IMG/VR virus record: IMGVR_UViG_3300005613_000002
Location: 1-64,000 of that record
Direction: 5' to 3' (one strand)
DNA length: 64,000 nucleotides
The position numbers and the translations under genes are program-made. The notes beneath the pieces are model-generated. The model saw only the letters and a list, made by a program, of their open reading frames with translations, was not told where the DNA came from and searched no databases. Below are positions 10,151-19,855 of the stretch, piece after piece. Positions within the stretch are counted from its first letter, which is position 1; each line of letters starts with the position of its first letter.

Positions 10151-10480
10151 TTATTCTTTATCTATCTTTTTCTTTATTTTTGTAGATTTAGTTGTTACTT
10201 TAGGTGGAGTTTTTTTTCTTACCTTAGATTTAGGTTCGTTATTCATCAGATTGGCAAATTCAGCATCACTAACTTCTACTACGGTGATTAAATTTTCAAC
10301 TCTTAATTTACGTACTGACATCGGTAATGATTTTACTGTTAAATAAATTGATTTACCTGCCTTAATTGTAATTTTTTTTAATGTTAGATTATCAACATAA
10401 CTAATTTCCAATGGTGAATTATGTTTAAAATCACGTTTAGCACTAAGATTTGTTATATTTGTTATTTTATATATATTCAT
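10151..10480 (-). CDS. Hypothetical protein with Lys-rich C-terminus
   Basis: 109-aa ORF in operon packing. Confidence 0.65.
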   Translation of the reverse strand: MNIYKITNITNLSAKRDFKHNSPLEISYVDNLTLKKITIKAGKSIYLTVKSLPMSVRKLRVENLITVVEVSDAEFANLMNNEPKSKVRKKTPPKVTTKSTKIKKKIDKE

Positions 10481-10487
10481 AATATTA

Positions 10488-11318
10488 TTATTTTAGACCT
10501 TGTATTAATGTATCGCCATATTTAATCCCATCAAATCCCATTTTCATTGCTTTTTCAGCTATTGCTTTATTTTTTAGATTTACTGATGGCATATTATATT
10601 GTTGACTTAATTGTTCGAAATTAACATTAGGAAACCATATTTTACTTAATATTTCAACTGGTTCTTGACTATCTTTATATGTTAAACCTAATGAGTTTGT
10701 ATCAAGAAGATTATTAAAATCAATTTGATATTTAGTAAAACCTTTAGCTGGATTTAATGTAAAAAAATTACCAACAACAGAATTTTCTTTAATTGGTTCT
10801 TTTCTATAAGCAATTATTGATTGTTGATTAATGCTTGGTTTTTCTATTTGAACATTAGCATTATCTTCTTCTAATGTATTCAAAAATTGGTTTTCATCAC
10901 CACCATAATTATTAATAGTGTCTTGAACTACTACTTCTTCTAATTCTCTCGATTTTTCATAATCAAAAATATCTTGAATTTTATTTAAAACTCTACAAGC
11001 ATCAGTAACTTCCAAATTAATATGAATTGCTTTTATTGGTTTTTTTACAAACATTGATTTGAAATATCTGTGATGTCCATCACAAATTCCCATTCCATCT
11101 TCTTTATTAGCAAGCCATATTGGGTCTTTATCATCAATTTCACAATTTCCAACTTCATCAGAATAAACAAAATTCTGTAATGGTTTAATATTATCGTCTT
11201 CTGTTGGTGTTATTTCAATTAATTTATAATTAATACCTTCATCATGCAATCCTTCCAATATTACACTGTAAGGTGCTCTTAATTGTGGTAAATGATATGG
11301 TCTTCCGTTCTTTAACAT
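10488..11318 (-). CDS. ParB/Srx-like N-terminal domain plus possible ADP-ribosyltransferase-like C-terminal domain
   Basis: ICDGHHRY (ParB DGHHR motif); C-terminal YR...G.FF...Y...LD...GFDGIKY pattern. Confidence 0.55.
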   Translation of the reverse strand: MLKNGRPYHLPQLRAPYSVILEGLHDEGINYKLIEITPTEDDNIKPLQNFVYSDEVGNCEIDDKDPIWLANKEDGMGICDGHHRYFKSMFVKKPIKAIHINLEVTDACRVLNKIQDIFDYEKSRELEEVVVQDTINNYGGDENQFLNTLEEDNANVQIEKPSINQQSIIAYRKEPIKENSVVGNFFTLNPAKGFTKYQIDFNNLLDTNSLGLTYKDSQEPVEILSKIWFPNVNFEQLSQQYNMPSVNLKNKAIAEKAMKMGFDGIKYGDTLIQGLK

Positions 11319-11339
11319 TAAATTATTTTTATATAAATA

Positions 11340-11912
11340 CTACACTATGAATTTTTCAATTTCTTCATTAATAATATTATTTAATTTCTTTGATGATTCC
11401 ATTAAGGAAATTTTATCATTATCAACTAAATATAAATTATACGATATTTCATCAGGTAGCATTGTTTTAATTTTTGTATATTCTGCAATCTTCTCAGGAT
11501 TTTTATCCATATAATCATCATAAACATTAATTTCTTCTAATTCTTGATTATATTGTTCAATCTTTAATATCACATCACCCTTACCTTCATTTCCTCTTTT
11601 TAAAATAATATCATCAACAACAATTCCATGCATATTAAGAATATTTGTAACTTGTGGACGTAATTTTTCCCTTCTCGATGTTAATATTATAACATGAGTA
11701 TCTGGAGTGTTTTTCTCCTTATTTAATTGTGCAAGCACAGTTGGAAATGGGTTAATTTCAAAAATGTCTGTGTTAAGACTTTCCTTACGACCCCACCATC
11801 CAATATGTGGGTATTTTTGTCCAGTTTTTTCACTCCAAATTCTAATTCCTTCTTCTTTAAGTGGACTATCAATTAAACATCCATCAAAATCGAATACTGC
11901 TAATCTTTTCAT
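11340..11912 (-). CDS. HAD-superfamily phosphatase, RNA-repair ('Swiss army knife') type
   Basis: VFDFDGCL motif I, ILTSR motif II, K motif III, VYDD motif IV. Confidence 0.8.
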   Translation of the reverse strand: MKRLAVFDFDGCLIDSPLKEEGIRIWSEKTGQKYPHIGWWGRKESLNTDIFEINPFPTVLAQLNKEKNTPDTHVIILTSRREKLRPQVTNILNMHGIVVDDIILKRGNEGKGDVILKIEQYNQELEEINVYDDYMDKNPEKIAEYTKIKTMLPDEISYNLYLVDNDKISLMESSKKLNNIINEEIEKFIV

Positions 11913-12430
11913 TATTTATAAATTCTTTTATATATTAATTTTTTAAAATCTTCAATAGGAACTTTCACTATAAGGTCTTTACGTCCCACTCTACTATATC
12001 TTCTATAATATTTCAAATTAATTTTACTACAAAATGTAATTGCTTCACCATCTTCTTCATCAGCTTTTTTTATTCCATTTTCAACTAATTCTAATAAATC
12101 AATTCGTTTAACAAATTCAAAACAATCTACATTTTCAAAAGCAATTGTATCCATATATTCAGAACGAATCCACCCTGTTCTACCTATAACGTTAACTAAT
12201 TCAATCCATGCATAACCTAAATTAGTTCCTTCCTTCAAACTTTTAACATCAAAACGTTCATACTTGTTATCCTTAACACACACAACATCCCAATGTTCTA
12301 TCATATTTTGATTTTTTGTTGATAAGAAAGACTTATAATTGTTATTCCCCATCAATTTACAAAATAAAAGTTCACTTTCAGTTCCCTTTCTAGTATCATT
12401 AACTATTTTATTACTTAACCAATTATTCAC
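11912..12430 (-). CDS. Putative PD-(D/E)XK nuclease-fold protein
   Basis: G...E...EHWDV...FDVKS pattern; GTG start overlapping the upstream stop. Confidence 0.5.
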   Translation of the reverse strand: MNNWLSNKIVNDTRKGTESELLFCKLMGNNNYKSFLSTKNQNMIEHWDVVCVKDNKYERFDVKSLKEGTNLGYAWIELVNVIGRTGWIRSEYMDTIAFENVDCFEFVKRIDLLELVENGIKKADEEDGEAITFCSKINLKYYRRYSRVGRKDLIVKVPIEDFKKLIYKRIYK

Positions 12431-15400
12431 TATCCAGTACTTTCAATAAATTCAATTGCTTTTACTGGTATATCTTCAGGAGAAGCATATCTTTTACATG
12501 CTGCTCTATGTGTATAACAATAAAAACCCTTTTTATCTGCACCTAATGATACACCAGCAGATTTTGATGTTTTTTCTGTGAAACCTTTTGGTTTACTTAA
12601 ACCATGAACTCTACCACCTTCATGATAACTTGAACCACCAGTAAGATATTTAGAAATTTTTTCCTTCATATCTTTACTAATGTTTTTTGATCTCATTAAG
12701 GACTCTTTAGTGTTTTTATATTTTGTTTTTTTCTTTGATTCTTGTAATGGTTGTGATTTCATTATTTCAGTCACAACACCTTTTAATTTAAATGAAAACT
12801 GAATCTTTCTCCAATCAGTTAATTTATTAGACATAAATGGTTTCCCACCATTTTTTGTGTTAACAGCTAATGTTACATGAGGTATTTTATTATTTGTTGG
12901 GTAACCTGAAACTCCAACTGCCATAACTTTATCATCTAATCCATAATTAATAACATTAAGTTCAACTTCCTTACCTAAATCTTGTTCATATTTTGGGTCA
13001 ATTCTACCCATATTTAATGTCATATGATGTGCATACTCTTTCCAACCTTCAGGAATCATTTTACCAAACACACTTAACAATTGTTTATGTGATGTTTCAT
13101 CAAGTAATACACAACTATATAAAACATCACCATCCCAATCAGATGATTCTAACATTGTTTCTTGTTTTGATTCATCAAGTTTTAAAATTGTTGCATTTTC
13201 TTCTTTTGTTGAAAAAATTAATTCATTACCAACCATTTCATATTTTTTTGTAAAATCTTTAACATATTTTTTACCTTTACCTTTTTTCACATAAGCAATA
13301 GTTATATGTGGATGATAATTTGGAAATGTTGAAACATTTGGCAATTTTTTCATCACACTATTGATTTTATTTAAAAGTTCAGATTCTACATCAAATTTAA
13401 CAACATCAAAATCTTCATTCTCAAAAATTGATATTTTATTAACTTTAATCTTAATTTCCTTTAAGTCAAAATTTTCCTTATATAAATTGAAAACATCATC
13501 ATTAGTTACATTATCTTTAAATCCATATAATGCAGTAACATGTGGTTCATTTTCAATACCAAATTCACCATTAACCTCATAAATATCATCCTTATCAATT
13601 TTTGATGTCAAGTTACTCCATTTAGGAATATCAAGTGACAACATTAATACACCATATTCAACCTTTTCAGTTTTTGATTCATTTAATGTGACACTAGTAG
13701 ATTCATTTTTATTGACTAAACTTAATAATTCTTCTTTATTATTCAAGACTTTATCATTGTAAACTTTCAATAATAAAGATTTTTGCATATCACCAATTTC
13801 TTTTCCTTTTAAACCAGCATTCATTAAATCATTACCGTTAACGGCTAATTCAGCAGTAGTTTTAGGGTATTTACCCTGTAATAATTCATTTGCTGCATTT
13901 TGTAATTCAGTTGGAATTATTTTACTTTGTAATGATTTTGGTGAAATGACGAACATATTATGAGCTATAGACCTTGCACTAACTTTATTAGTTACATCAT
14001 GACTAAGACCTAAATCTAATGCTCTAATTTCTTTATATGTATCAATATCACCCTTCAAATTATTTTTATAAAATTCAGCAGGATTTTCTAATAATCTAGT
14101 TAATAAATAAATAAACTCACCCATTGTTTTCACTAAATCAAATGGACTTCTATCTATTGTAGATTGTTTAATGTCAAAACCAAATATATTATTAAATAAT
14201 CCAGTATCTTTTAATAATTGTGCACCACTTCTAATATTTCCTTTAGTTACAATTTTATCAAATTCAGTAATAACTCTTTCTGGTGGAATTTCTTTAATTC
14301 TTTCAGAATTTTTTTGAATCATACCCATTGTATTTGGTTCAATCGTAAAATTGAAACGAGATGAAAATTGTACAGCACGTAACATTCTTAATGGGTCATC
14401 AGCAAATGCTTCAGGATTAACAACACGAATTATTTTATTTTTTAAATCTTCTTGACCACCATATGGGTCAATAATATCACCATTAACATCTTTAGCTATC
14501 GCATTAATGGTGAAATCTCTACGTTCTAAATCTTTCTCAATCGGTAATTCATGATCTGAACTAACTTCAAAACCTTTATGACCACCAACACCTGTTGCCT
14601 TTTCTGTTCTTGGAATGGCGATGTCTATATCTTCTGTCGAACCTTTAGGTTTAAATTTTAACACCCCAAACGATTTTCCAACAGCATCAACTCTACCATA
14701 TTTTGATAATAGTTGTTCTAATTTATCAAAAGCAACACCAGTTATTAAGATATCTAAATCTTTAGATTCTTTACCTAAAAAACCATCACGTACAGCACCA
14801 CCAACTGAAAATATTTTCCCACCAAGTTCTTCAACTTCACCCTTAAATGGTAAATCTTCTAATGACATTAAATCTGCTTCATCAATCGTTTTCATTTCAT
14901 TATTTTTTGCAAAGTTATCATTTTCTAAATAACTATCATTATCTTTTGATATTTTTTCATCAAATCTTGCTTCAAAACCTTCATTAATTAAAACATTTCT
15001 GAAATCATATTTAGGGTTTTTTTGTTTTGCTCTCCTTAAAAATTCCTCAAACACTGGCTTACCTTCTTCAATTTTTGGCACATCTTTCCAATATGGGTCT
15101 TCATCAAATCTATCTTCTGGGTCTTTCATCATTACATTAGATTCACCAAGAAAAAAAGCAGTAGAACTACCTAATCTTTGAACTGTGATAAATTCAGTAG
15201 GTAATTTTTTATCCCAACGTTCTACGAAATTTATTAATCCAAGTTTATCTAATTTATCTAATATTACATTATGAACAACATTTGCTGATTCTTCAATATA
15301 TAAATTCCCTTCTTTATCAATTACACCTCTCACATATTGACCAATATTATCCAATGTATTAGGATTTTTTATGATTGTAACATTTTCATCCTTATATACA

Positions 15401-17862
15401 ATCTTTTCACCATCTTCACGGTTTTTTTGTGATTTAAAATCTTTTTCAAAATCATCAAACTCTGGCTTCATTCCATGTCTTCTTTCAAGATATTTATCAC
15501 CAACACCTTCAATATTTAATTCAGGTTCAAGATTATATCGTTTATTAACATATTTTTGTATTGATTCTTCACTATAATCCAATAGTCTACCAATTTCGAT
15601 AGTTATCTCAGGTGATTCATTTTTAAAATAACCACCATAACTTTTTAAAATTTCAACTAATCTTTTAGCCTTTCTTTCTGCTTCTGGTGTATCACGATAA
15701 ATAATTCTTCTATCATCATTATGGTTTGTTTGTTCAATTGGTATATCTTTAAATTGATTATTTATTATCGCATATTTTAAATAAGTACTATTAATTCCCT
15801 TTAAATTAAAGAAACCAACATCTTTTTTACCATTAACCATTGCAGCCATTGCATCTTTAGCATGATATGCTTCCGAAGCATCTATTGTTTCTTTCAGTGG
15901 TTTAATATTAAGGTTACTAATATCTCCTTGATTACAAGCAACACTTGTATTACCAAGACCACCTAACTTACATTTATCTTTTACTTCAACACTACTACTA
16001 CCTTTCATTGAAGAAGTAATACGTTCACTCATAATAAAACTATCAGAAGTAGCATCATCAACATGGTTATATTCTAAATCTTCAGCATACATTGCAGAAT
16101 TTGCTTTTAAATCATTTTCAATTGAAGGTGATGTGTCAGTTATATCATATGATGGAAAACCATCATTACCAATATTACCATCTGTAGAATATAAAGCAGT
16201 CCCATCTTCATCAACATTTAATTGTTCTGGTTGTTTATCTGATGTATTATAATAATTTCCAAATCCAACATCAAAAAAACCAATACTACCATCTTTTTTA
16301 TAACCTAAATTTTTTGGACTATAAAAATCAGTACTTTCAGAACCATATTTTTGTAATTCCTCAAATATTTTCAACAAACTAAAAAAGAATGTACCATCTT
16401 CGGTATTCTTATTAAAATAATTATCAATATCACTTTTATTAACTTTACCAACATATTTAGTGTTATGAAAATATTCTTCAAGAGCAATTCTATAATTAAT
16501 ATTAAATATATTATCAAACACATAATTCAATCTGTTTAACATTTTTTCAAAATATGGTACGTCTGTTTTTAGCTTTTCTAAAATAATCACATAATAATCT
16601 TTATCACCTTCTGTTTTTATTGAATAAACTTTATATGGTTCTGCAATATATTTTAATTCTTTGCCAATCAATGATAAATTCTCATAAGCTTCACTTCTAT
16701 CTGATGTTACTTTTAAAACTAAATTATTTCCAATATCATATGCTGAACCAAATGAACCTGAATCCATATATTCAAGAGTTACACCATATTTTTCAGCAAC
16801 TACATTAGCTATTTTATCAGCTAAATTCCTTTCAATACCTTCATTAATTGATTTTTTCTTTTCAATTATTTCAATTTTATTTAATGGTTCTCTATTATAA
16901 AATCCTAATTTAATTAAATGATCTTGTAGTGTAATTAAATTATTATAAAACTTTTTCTTATCTTTCGCAACATTAAGATTTTCTTTAATATTATTTACAA
17001 CAGCATGTAAATTTTCAACCATATATGGGACAGCACCCAATGGTTGTGTAGTTAAATTATCATTGTTTGATACAAAATGTACAAAATCTTCATTAATCAC
17101 ACTATCATTATCACCATCATCAACACTATATGGTACTTGCGCCCACATTCCATGACGAACTTCCCAAGTATTCCCTATGTCTGAAAGTATATCATCATTA
17201 CCATCAGCAAAATTATATAATTCATACATTTGATTTTTTTTATTTCTTAATGGATTATAATGTGTATTATATACTTCATCATTTAAACCATAATCAGTTA
17301 ATACTATTGTTGGTTGACCATATCTTAATACTTCACCATATGTACTTGGTCTACCCATATCACCAACCTCTTGGCTATAGTTATTAACGAATTCTATAAG
17401 TTCCATAACAAACTCATTCTCATGCATTTCTTCTTCAACACCAGCATCAAGAGTAAATAAATCCTTATCTCTCCAATTTTTTTGGTCATTTCTTTTTAAA
17501 TAATAAAGTAACGAGTTTAAATCTGGAATACCTGTTAATTCTTTAATTCTACTTTGAGTAACTTTTTTTGCTTTTTCTGAAAGAATCCAAGTATATTGAT
17601 TTTCATCAAAATCAAATACTTTTGTAACTATATCTTGAGTATCTTGATATGTACCAGCACCAGATTCGGCTTCATTTTGTGCTTGACCTTTAGGGTTTTT
17701 TGCTAATTTTAACACTACCTTATCATCAATATCATAAACTGCTCTACCAGTACCACTACCAATTTTAGTTAATTTTGCATTAGCATGTTTTATCTTACCG
17801 TTAAACGATCTAATATTTTGGATTTCGTTGATAAAATTATCAACATATTCATTATATATCAT
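12430..17862 (-). CDS. 1810-aa multidomain protein: two kinase-like domains, class II CCA-adding/poly(A) polymerase domain, two 2H phosphoesterase domains, small C-terminal domain
   Basis: Kinase 1: IGSGTGR, VLK, GD, DYG. Kinase 2: DSGSFG, VLK, TDF..KN, FFDVG. NTase: GGAVRD, DLD, RRDFTINA, DDPLRMLRA. 2H: HVT/HIT and HMT/HVT pairs. Confidence 0.88.
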   Translation of the reverse strand: MIYNEYVDNFINEIQNIRSFNGKIKHANAKLTKIGSGTGRAVYDIDDKVVLKLAKNPKGQAQNEAESGAGTYQDTQDIVTKVFDFDENQYTWILSEKAKKVTQSRIKELTGIPDLNSLLYYLKRNDQKNWRDKDLFTLDAGVEEEMHENEFVMELIEFVNNYSQEVGDMGRPSTYGEVLRYGQPTIVLTDYGLNDEVYNTHYNPLRNKKNQMYELYNFADGNDDILSDIGNTWEVRHGMWAQVPYSVDDGDNDSVINEDFVHFVSNNDNLTTQPLGAVPYMVENLHAVVNNIKENLNVAKDKKKFYNNLITLQDHLIKLGFYNREPLNKIEIIEKKKSINEGIERNLADKIANVVAEKYGVTLEYMDSGSFGSAYDIGNNLVLKVTSDRSEAYENLSLIGKELKYIAEPYKVYSIKTEGDKDYYVIILEKLKTDVPYFEKMLNRLNYVFDNIFNINYRIALEEYFHNTKYVGKVNKSDIDNYFNKNTEDGTFFFSLLKIFEELQKYGSESTDFYSPKNLGYKKDGSIGFFDVGFGNYYNTSDKQPEQLNVDEDGTALYSTDGNIGNDGFPSYDITDTSPSIENDLKANSAMYAEDLEYNHVDDATSDSFIMSERITSSMKGSSSVEVKDKCKLGGLGNTSVACNQGDISNLNIKPLKETIDASEAYHAKDAMAAMVNGKKDVGFFNLKGINSTYLKYAIINNQFKDIPIEQTNHNDDRRIIYRDTPEAERKAKRLVEILKSYGGYFKNESPEITIEIGRLLDYSEESIQKYVNKRYNLEPELNIEGVGDKYLERRHGMKPEFDDFEKDFKSQKNREDGEKIVYKDENVTIIKNPNTLDNIGQYVRGVIDKEGNLYIEESANVVHNVILDKLDKLGLINFVERWDKKLPTEFITVQRLGSSTAFFLGESNVMMKDPEDRFDEDPYWKDVPKIEEGKPVFEEFLRRAKQKNPKYDFRNVLINEGFEARFDEKISKDNDSYLENDNFAKNNEMKTIDEADLMSLEDLPFKGEVEELGGKIFSVGGAVRDGFLGKESKDLDILITGVAFDKLEQLLSKYGRVDAVGKSFGVLKFKPKGSTEDIDIAIPRTEKATGVGGHKGFEVSSDHELPIEKDLERRDFTINAIAKDVNGDIIDPYGGQEDLKNKIIRVVNPEAFADDPLRMLRAVQFSSRFNFTIEPNTMGMIQKNSERIKEIPPERVITEFDKIVTKGNIRSGAQLLKDTGLFNNIFGFDIKQSTIDRSPFDLVKTMGEFIYLLTRLLENPAEFYKNNLKGDIDTYKEIRALDLGLSHDVTNKVSARSIAHNMFVISPKSLQSKIIPTELQNAANELLQGKYPKTTAELAVNGNDLMNAGLKGKEIGDMQKSLLLKVYNDKVLNNKEELLSLVNKNESTSVTLNESKTEKVEYGVLMLSLDIPKWSNLTSKIDKDDIYEVNGEFGIENEPHVTALYGFKDNVTNDDVFNLYKENFDLKEIKIKVNKISIFENEDFDVVKFDVESELLNKINSVMKKLPNVSTFPNYHPHITIAYVKKGKGKKYVKDFTKKYEMVGNELIFSTKEENATILKLDESKQETMLESSDWDGDVLYSCVLLDETSHKQLLSVFGKMIPEGWKEYAHHMTLNMGRIDPKYEQDLGKEVELNVINYGLDDKVMAVGVSGYPTNNKIPHVTLAVNTKNGGKPFMSNKLTDWRKIQFSFKLKGVVTEIMKSQPLQESKKKTKYKNTKESLMRSKNISKDMKEKISKYLTGGSSYHEGGRVHGLSKPKGFTEKTSKSAGVSLGADKKGFYCYTHRAACKRYASPEDIPVKAIEFIESTG

Positions 17863-17879
17863 ATTAAATGTATTATACA

Positions 17880-17888
17880 GATAAATAC
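17880..17888 (-). promoter_or_regulatory. GTATTTATC variant of the late-type motif upstream of the 1810-aa gene
   Basis: Lies between the terminator at 17914-17943 and the ATG at 17862. Confidence 0.5.
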
Positions 17889-17913
17889 ATTATTATAGAT
17901 AAAAAGAGAAATT

Positions 17914-17943
17914 AAAAAAGCCAGATAATTATCTGGCTTTTTT
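17914..17943. terminator. Intrinsic terminator, probably bidirectional
   Basis: aaaaaagccagata-at-tatctggctttttt. Confidence 0.8.
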
Positions 17944-17950
17944 AATTTTT

Positions 17951-18634
17951 TTATTTCTTTTTGTTTTTTGCTTGTATTTCTCGAATTGTTTCCATAACGA
18001 CTGATTTTATTAAGTCTTTATTTTCTTCTAACACTTCTTTAATCCTTTCAACTGCATACATTTCAAGTATGGTACTTTTTATTGCTTCCTCTACAACAGG
18101 ACCGAAATTTTCGATTAAATAATTATTCACAATACCTTTAACTACCGCCTCATTCATATTTGTTGGTTGTACCTGTTGTTGTGGTTGATTTGGATATTGT
18201 AAATTATTAGGTTGTTGTAAATTATTGGGTTGTTTATGGTTAAAACCATCAATACTTTCAGCTATTGTTTTTTTCCTACCTTTTTCAAATTCAGCAAATA
18301 ATAATTCATCTCTTTCTTGTGATGCACCAATATTATTATTAAATGGTGGAACTACTGTTGTTTTTTCAGGTATATTATTTGCCACTTTTTCATTTATTGG
18401 TAATTTTGTGTCTTCACCATTTTTTTCAGCAACTTTATTTTCAACACTTTTAACTAAAACACTAGATGCGGTATCTTTTCCAGTATTTAACGATTCTACT
18501 AATCCATGTAAAAAACTATCACGAGGTGCTGTATTAGTCACAGTTTCCCCTAATTTAGTCGATACAATATTTTTCCCCATTTTACGGGTATCTATTTCTT
18601 CCCTAAGTTTATTCAGATTGATTTTTTCAGTCAT
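17951..18634 (-). CDS. Hypothetical protein with Q/N/P-rich linker
   Basis: QPNNLQQPNNLQ short duplication; helical C-terminus. Confidence 0.7.
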   Translation of the reverse strand: MTEKINLNKLREEIDTRKMGKNIVSTKLGETVTNTAPRDSFLHGLVESLNTGKDTASSVLVKSVENKVAEKNGEDTKLPINEKVANNIPEKTTVVPPFNNNIGASQERDELLFAEFEKGRKKTIAESIDGFNHKQPNNLQQPNNLQYPNQPQQQVQPTNMNEAVVKGIVNNYLIENFGPVVEEAIKSTILEMYAVERIKEVLEENKDLIKSVVMETIREIQAKNKKK

Positions 18635-18669
18635 TTTATAATTTTTTACTATTTTTTATAAATACTTTA

Positions 18670-19572
18670 TTATTTGAAAAAAGTCTTTTTTTCATAAGGT
18701 ATTGTTGGTGATTCGTTTTCTTTTAGTTTATTTAATTCTTCTTGTCTTTGTTTTTTTGCTATTTCAGAACTATTTTTAAAGAAAGAATCCTCTTTAGGTG
18801 ATTTTTGTTTAACTAATGTATCAAATAAGTTCGTTAATGTACCCACAATTGCATTTTGAGGTACTTTAGTCTTATCTTTGATGTTTATAATATCGAAATC
18901 ATTTCTATTGTTAATAACAACTAAAAAGCTTCCTCTACTTTTCTTATAAACTCTACTTGCTATATCTCTAAGTTTTAATACATCATCAGCAGTTATTTTC
19001 CTATTATTTTTATTTCCACGGGTAAAATCATCCCATTTAGTTTTTCTAATTCCAGCTTGAGTTGGTTCTGTTGGGGCAGTTGGTTCTAAAACGGGTTCAT
19101 TTTTAGATGAAACATATGCAATAATACTTGACATACCTTTATCTGAACCTTCTTTATATTTTGGTGGAATCATTACTGAACCATCATTATTATGAAATCT
19201 TTTACCTGTTGGGTAAACTTTTTCAATTTTATCGATATTAAACATTCGCCACCCGGGTTTTGTCCCACCTTCATCAGTCCAATAATCATGACCATAACTA
19301 TCACTACGTGTTGGTCTTGTATCAAATGTGTGACTGTTTTTTTTATTGTCTTGCCATGCTCTGATTACTCTATTGCCAGACGTTGACACACCAAGGACAT
19401 ACGGTCTAATTGTTCTATACCCTTTTTTATTTTCACCATCACCTGAATAATAAATATACAAATACTCGTGGTTTTCAATATATTTAATAATATCGGCATC
19501 ACTAACACTCTCAGTTAGTAATTTACGAAAATTTTTAATGTTGTCAAATAGTATTTTTACCTCTGTTAACAT
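18670..19572 (-). CDS. WYL-domain protein
   Basis: IYY.G...R.I.PY.LG...RAWQ...WRMF.IDKI pattern. Confidence 0.75.
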   Translation of the reverse strand: MLTEVKILFDNIKNFRKLLTESVSDADIIKYIENHEYLYIYYSGDGENKKGYRTIRPYVLGVSTSGNRVIRAWQDNKKNSHTFDTRPTRSDSYGHDYWTDEGGTKPGWRMFNIDKIEKVYPTGKRFHNNDGSVMIPPKYKEGSDKGMSSIIAYVSSKNEPVLEPTAPTEPTQAGIRKTKWDDFTRGNKNNRKITADDVLKLRDIASRVYKKSRGSFLVVINNRNDFDIINIKDKTKVPQNAIVGTLTNLFDTLVKQKSPKEDSFFKNSSEIAKKQRQEELNKLKENESPTIPYEKKTFFK

Positions 19573-19811
19573 TATGCAGTACCTGCGTTATATTCTCTAT
19601 TTTTATTATATTTATTTTTCGTTATTGATGATTGTCTGGTTTTAATGTCAGTTGCACCACCTACTTGCCCATTAACTTCACCCTTTCCTGCTTCATCACC
19701 AGTAGATAAAGCATCATCATGACCTGACACATAAACATCTTCTTTATCATAATCATTTCTAGCTACTTCTCTTTCTCTGTATTGTGTACTAATTTCTTCT
19801 AAATTGCTCAT
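19572..19811 (-). CDS. Small hypothetical protein
   Basis: 79-aa ORF with GTATTTATA motif upstream. Confidence 0.65.
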   Translation of the reverse strand: MSNLEEISTQYREREVARNDYDKEDVYVSGHDDALSTGDEAGKGEVNGQVGGATDIKTRQSSITKNKYNKNREYNAGTA

Positions 19812-19855
19812 GTTTTATTGTTTTAGTTTAATATTATCTAATTATAAATACAAAA

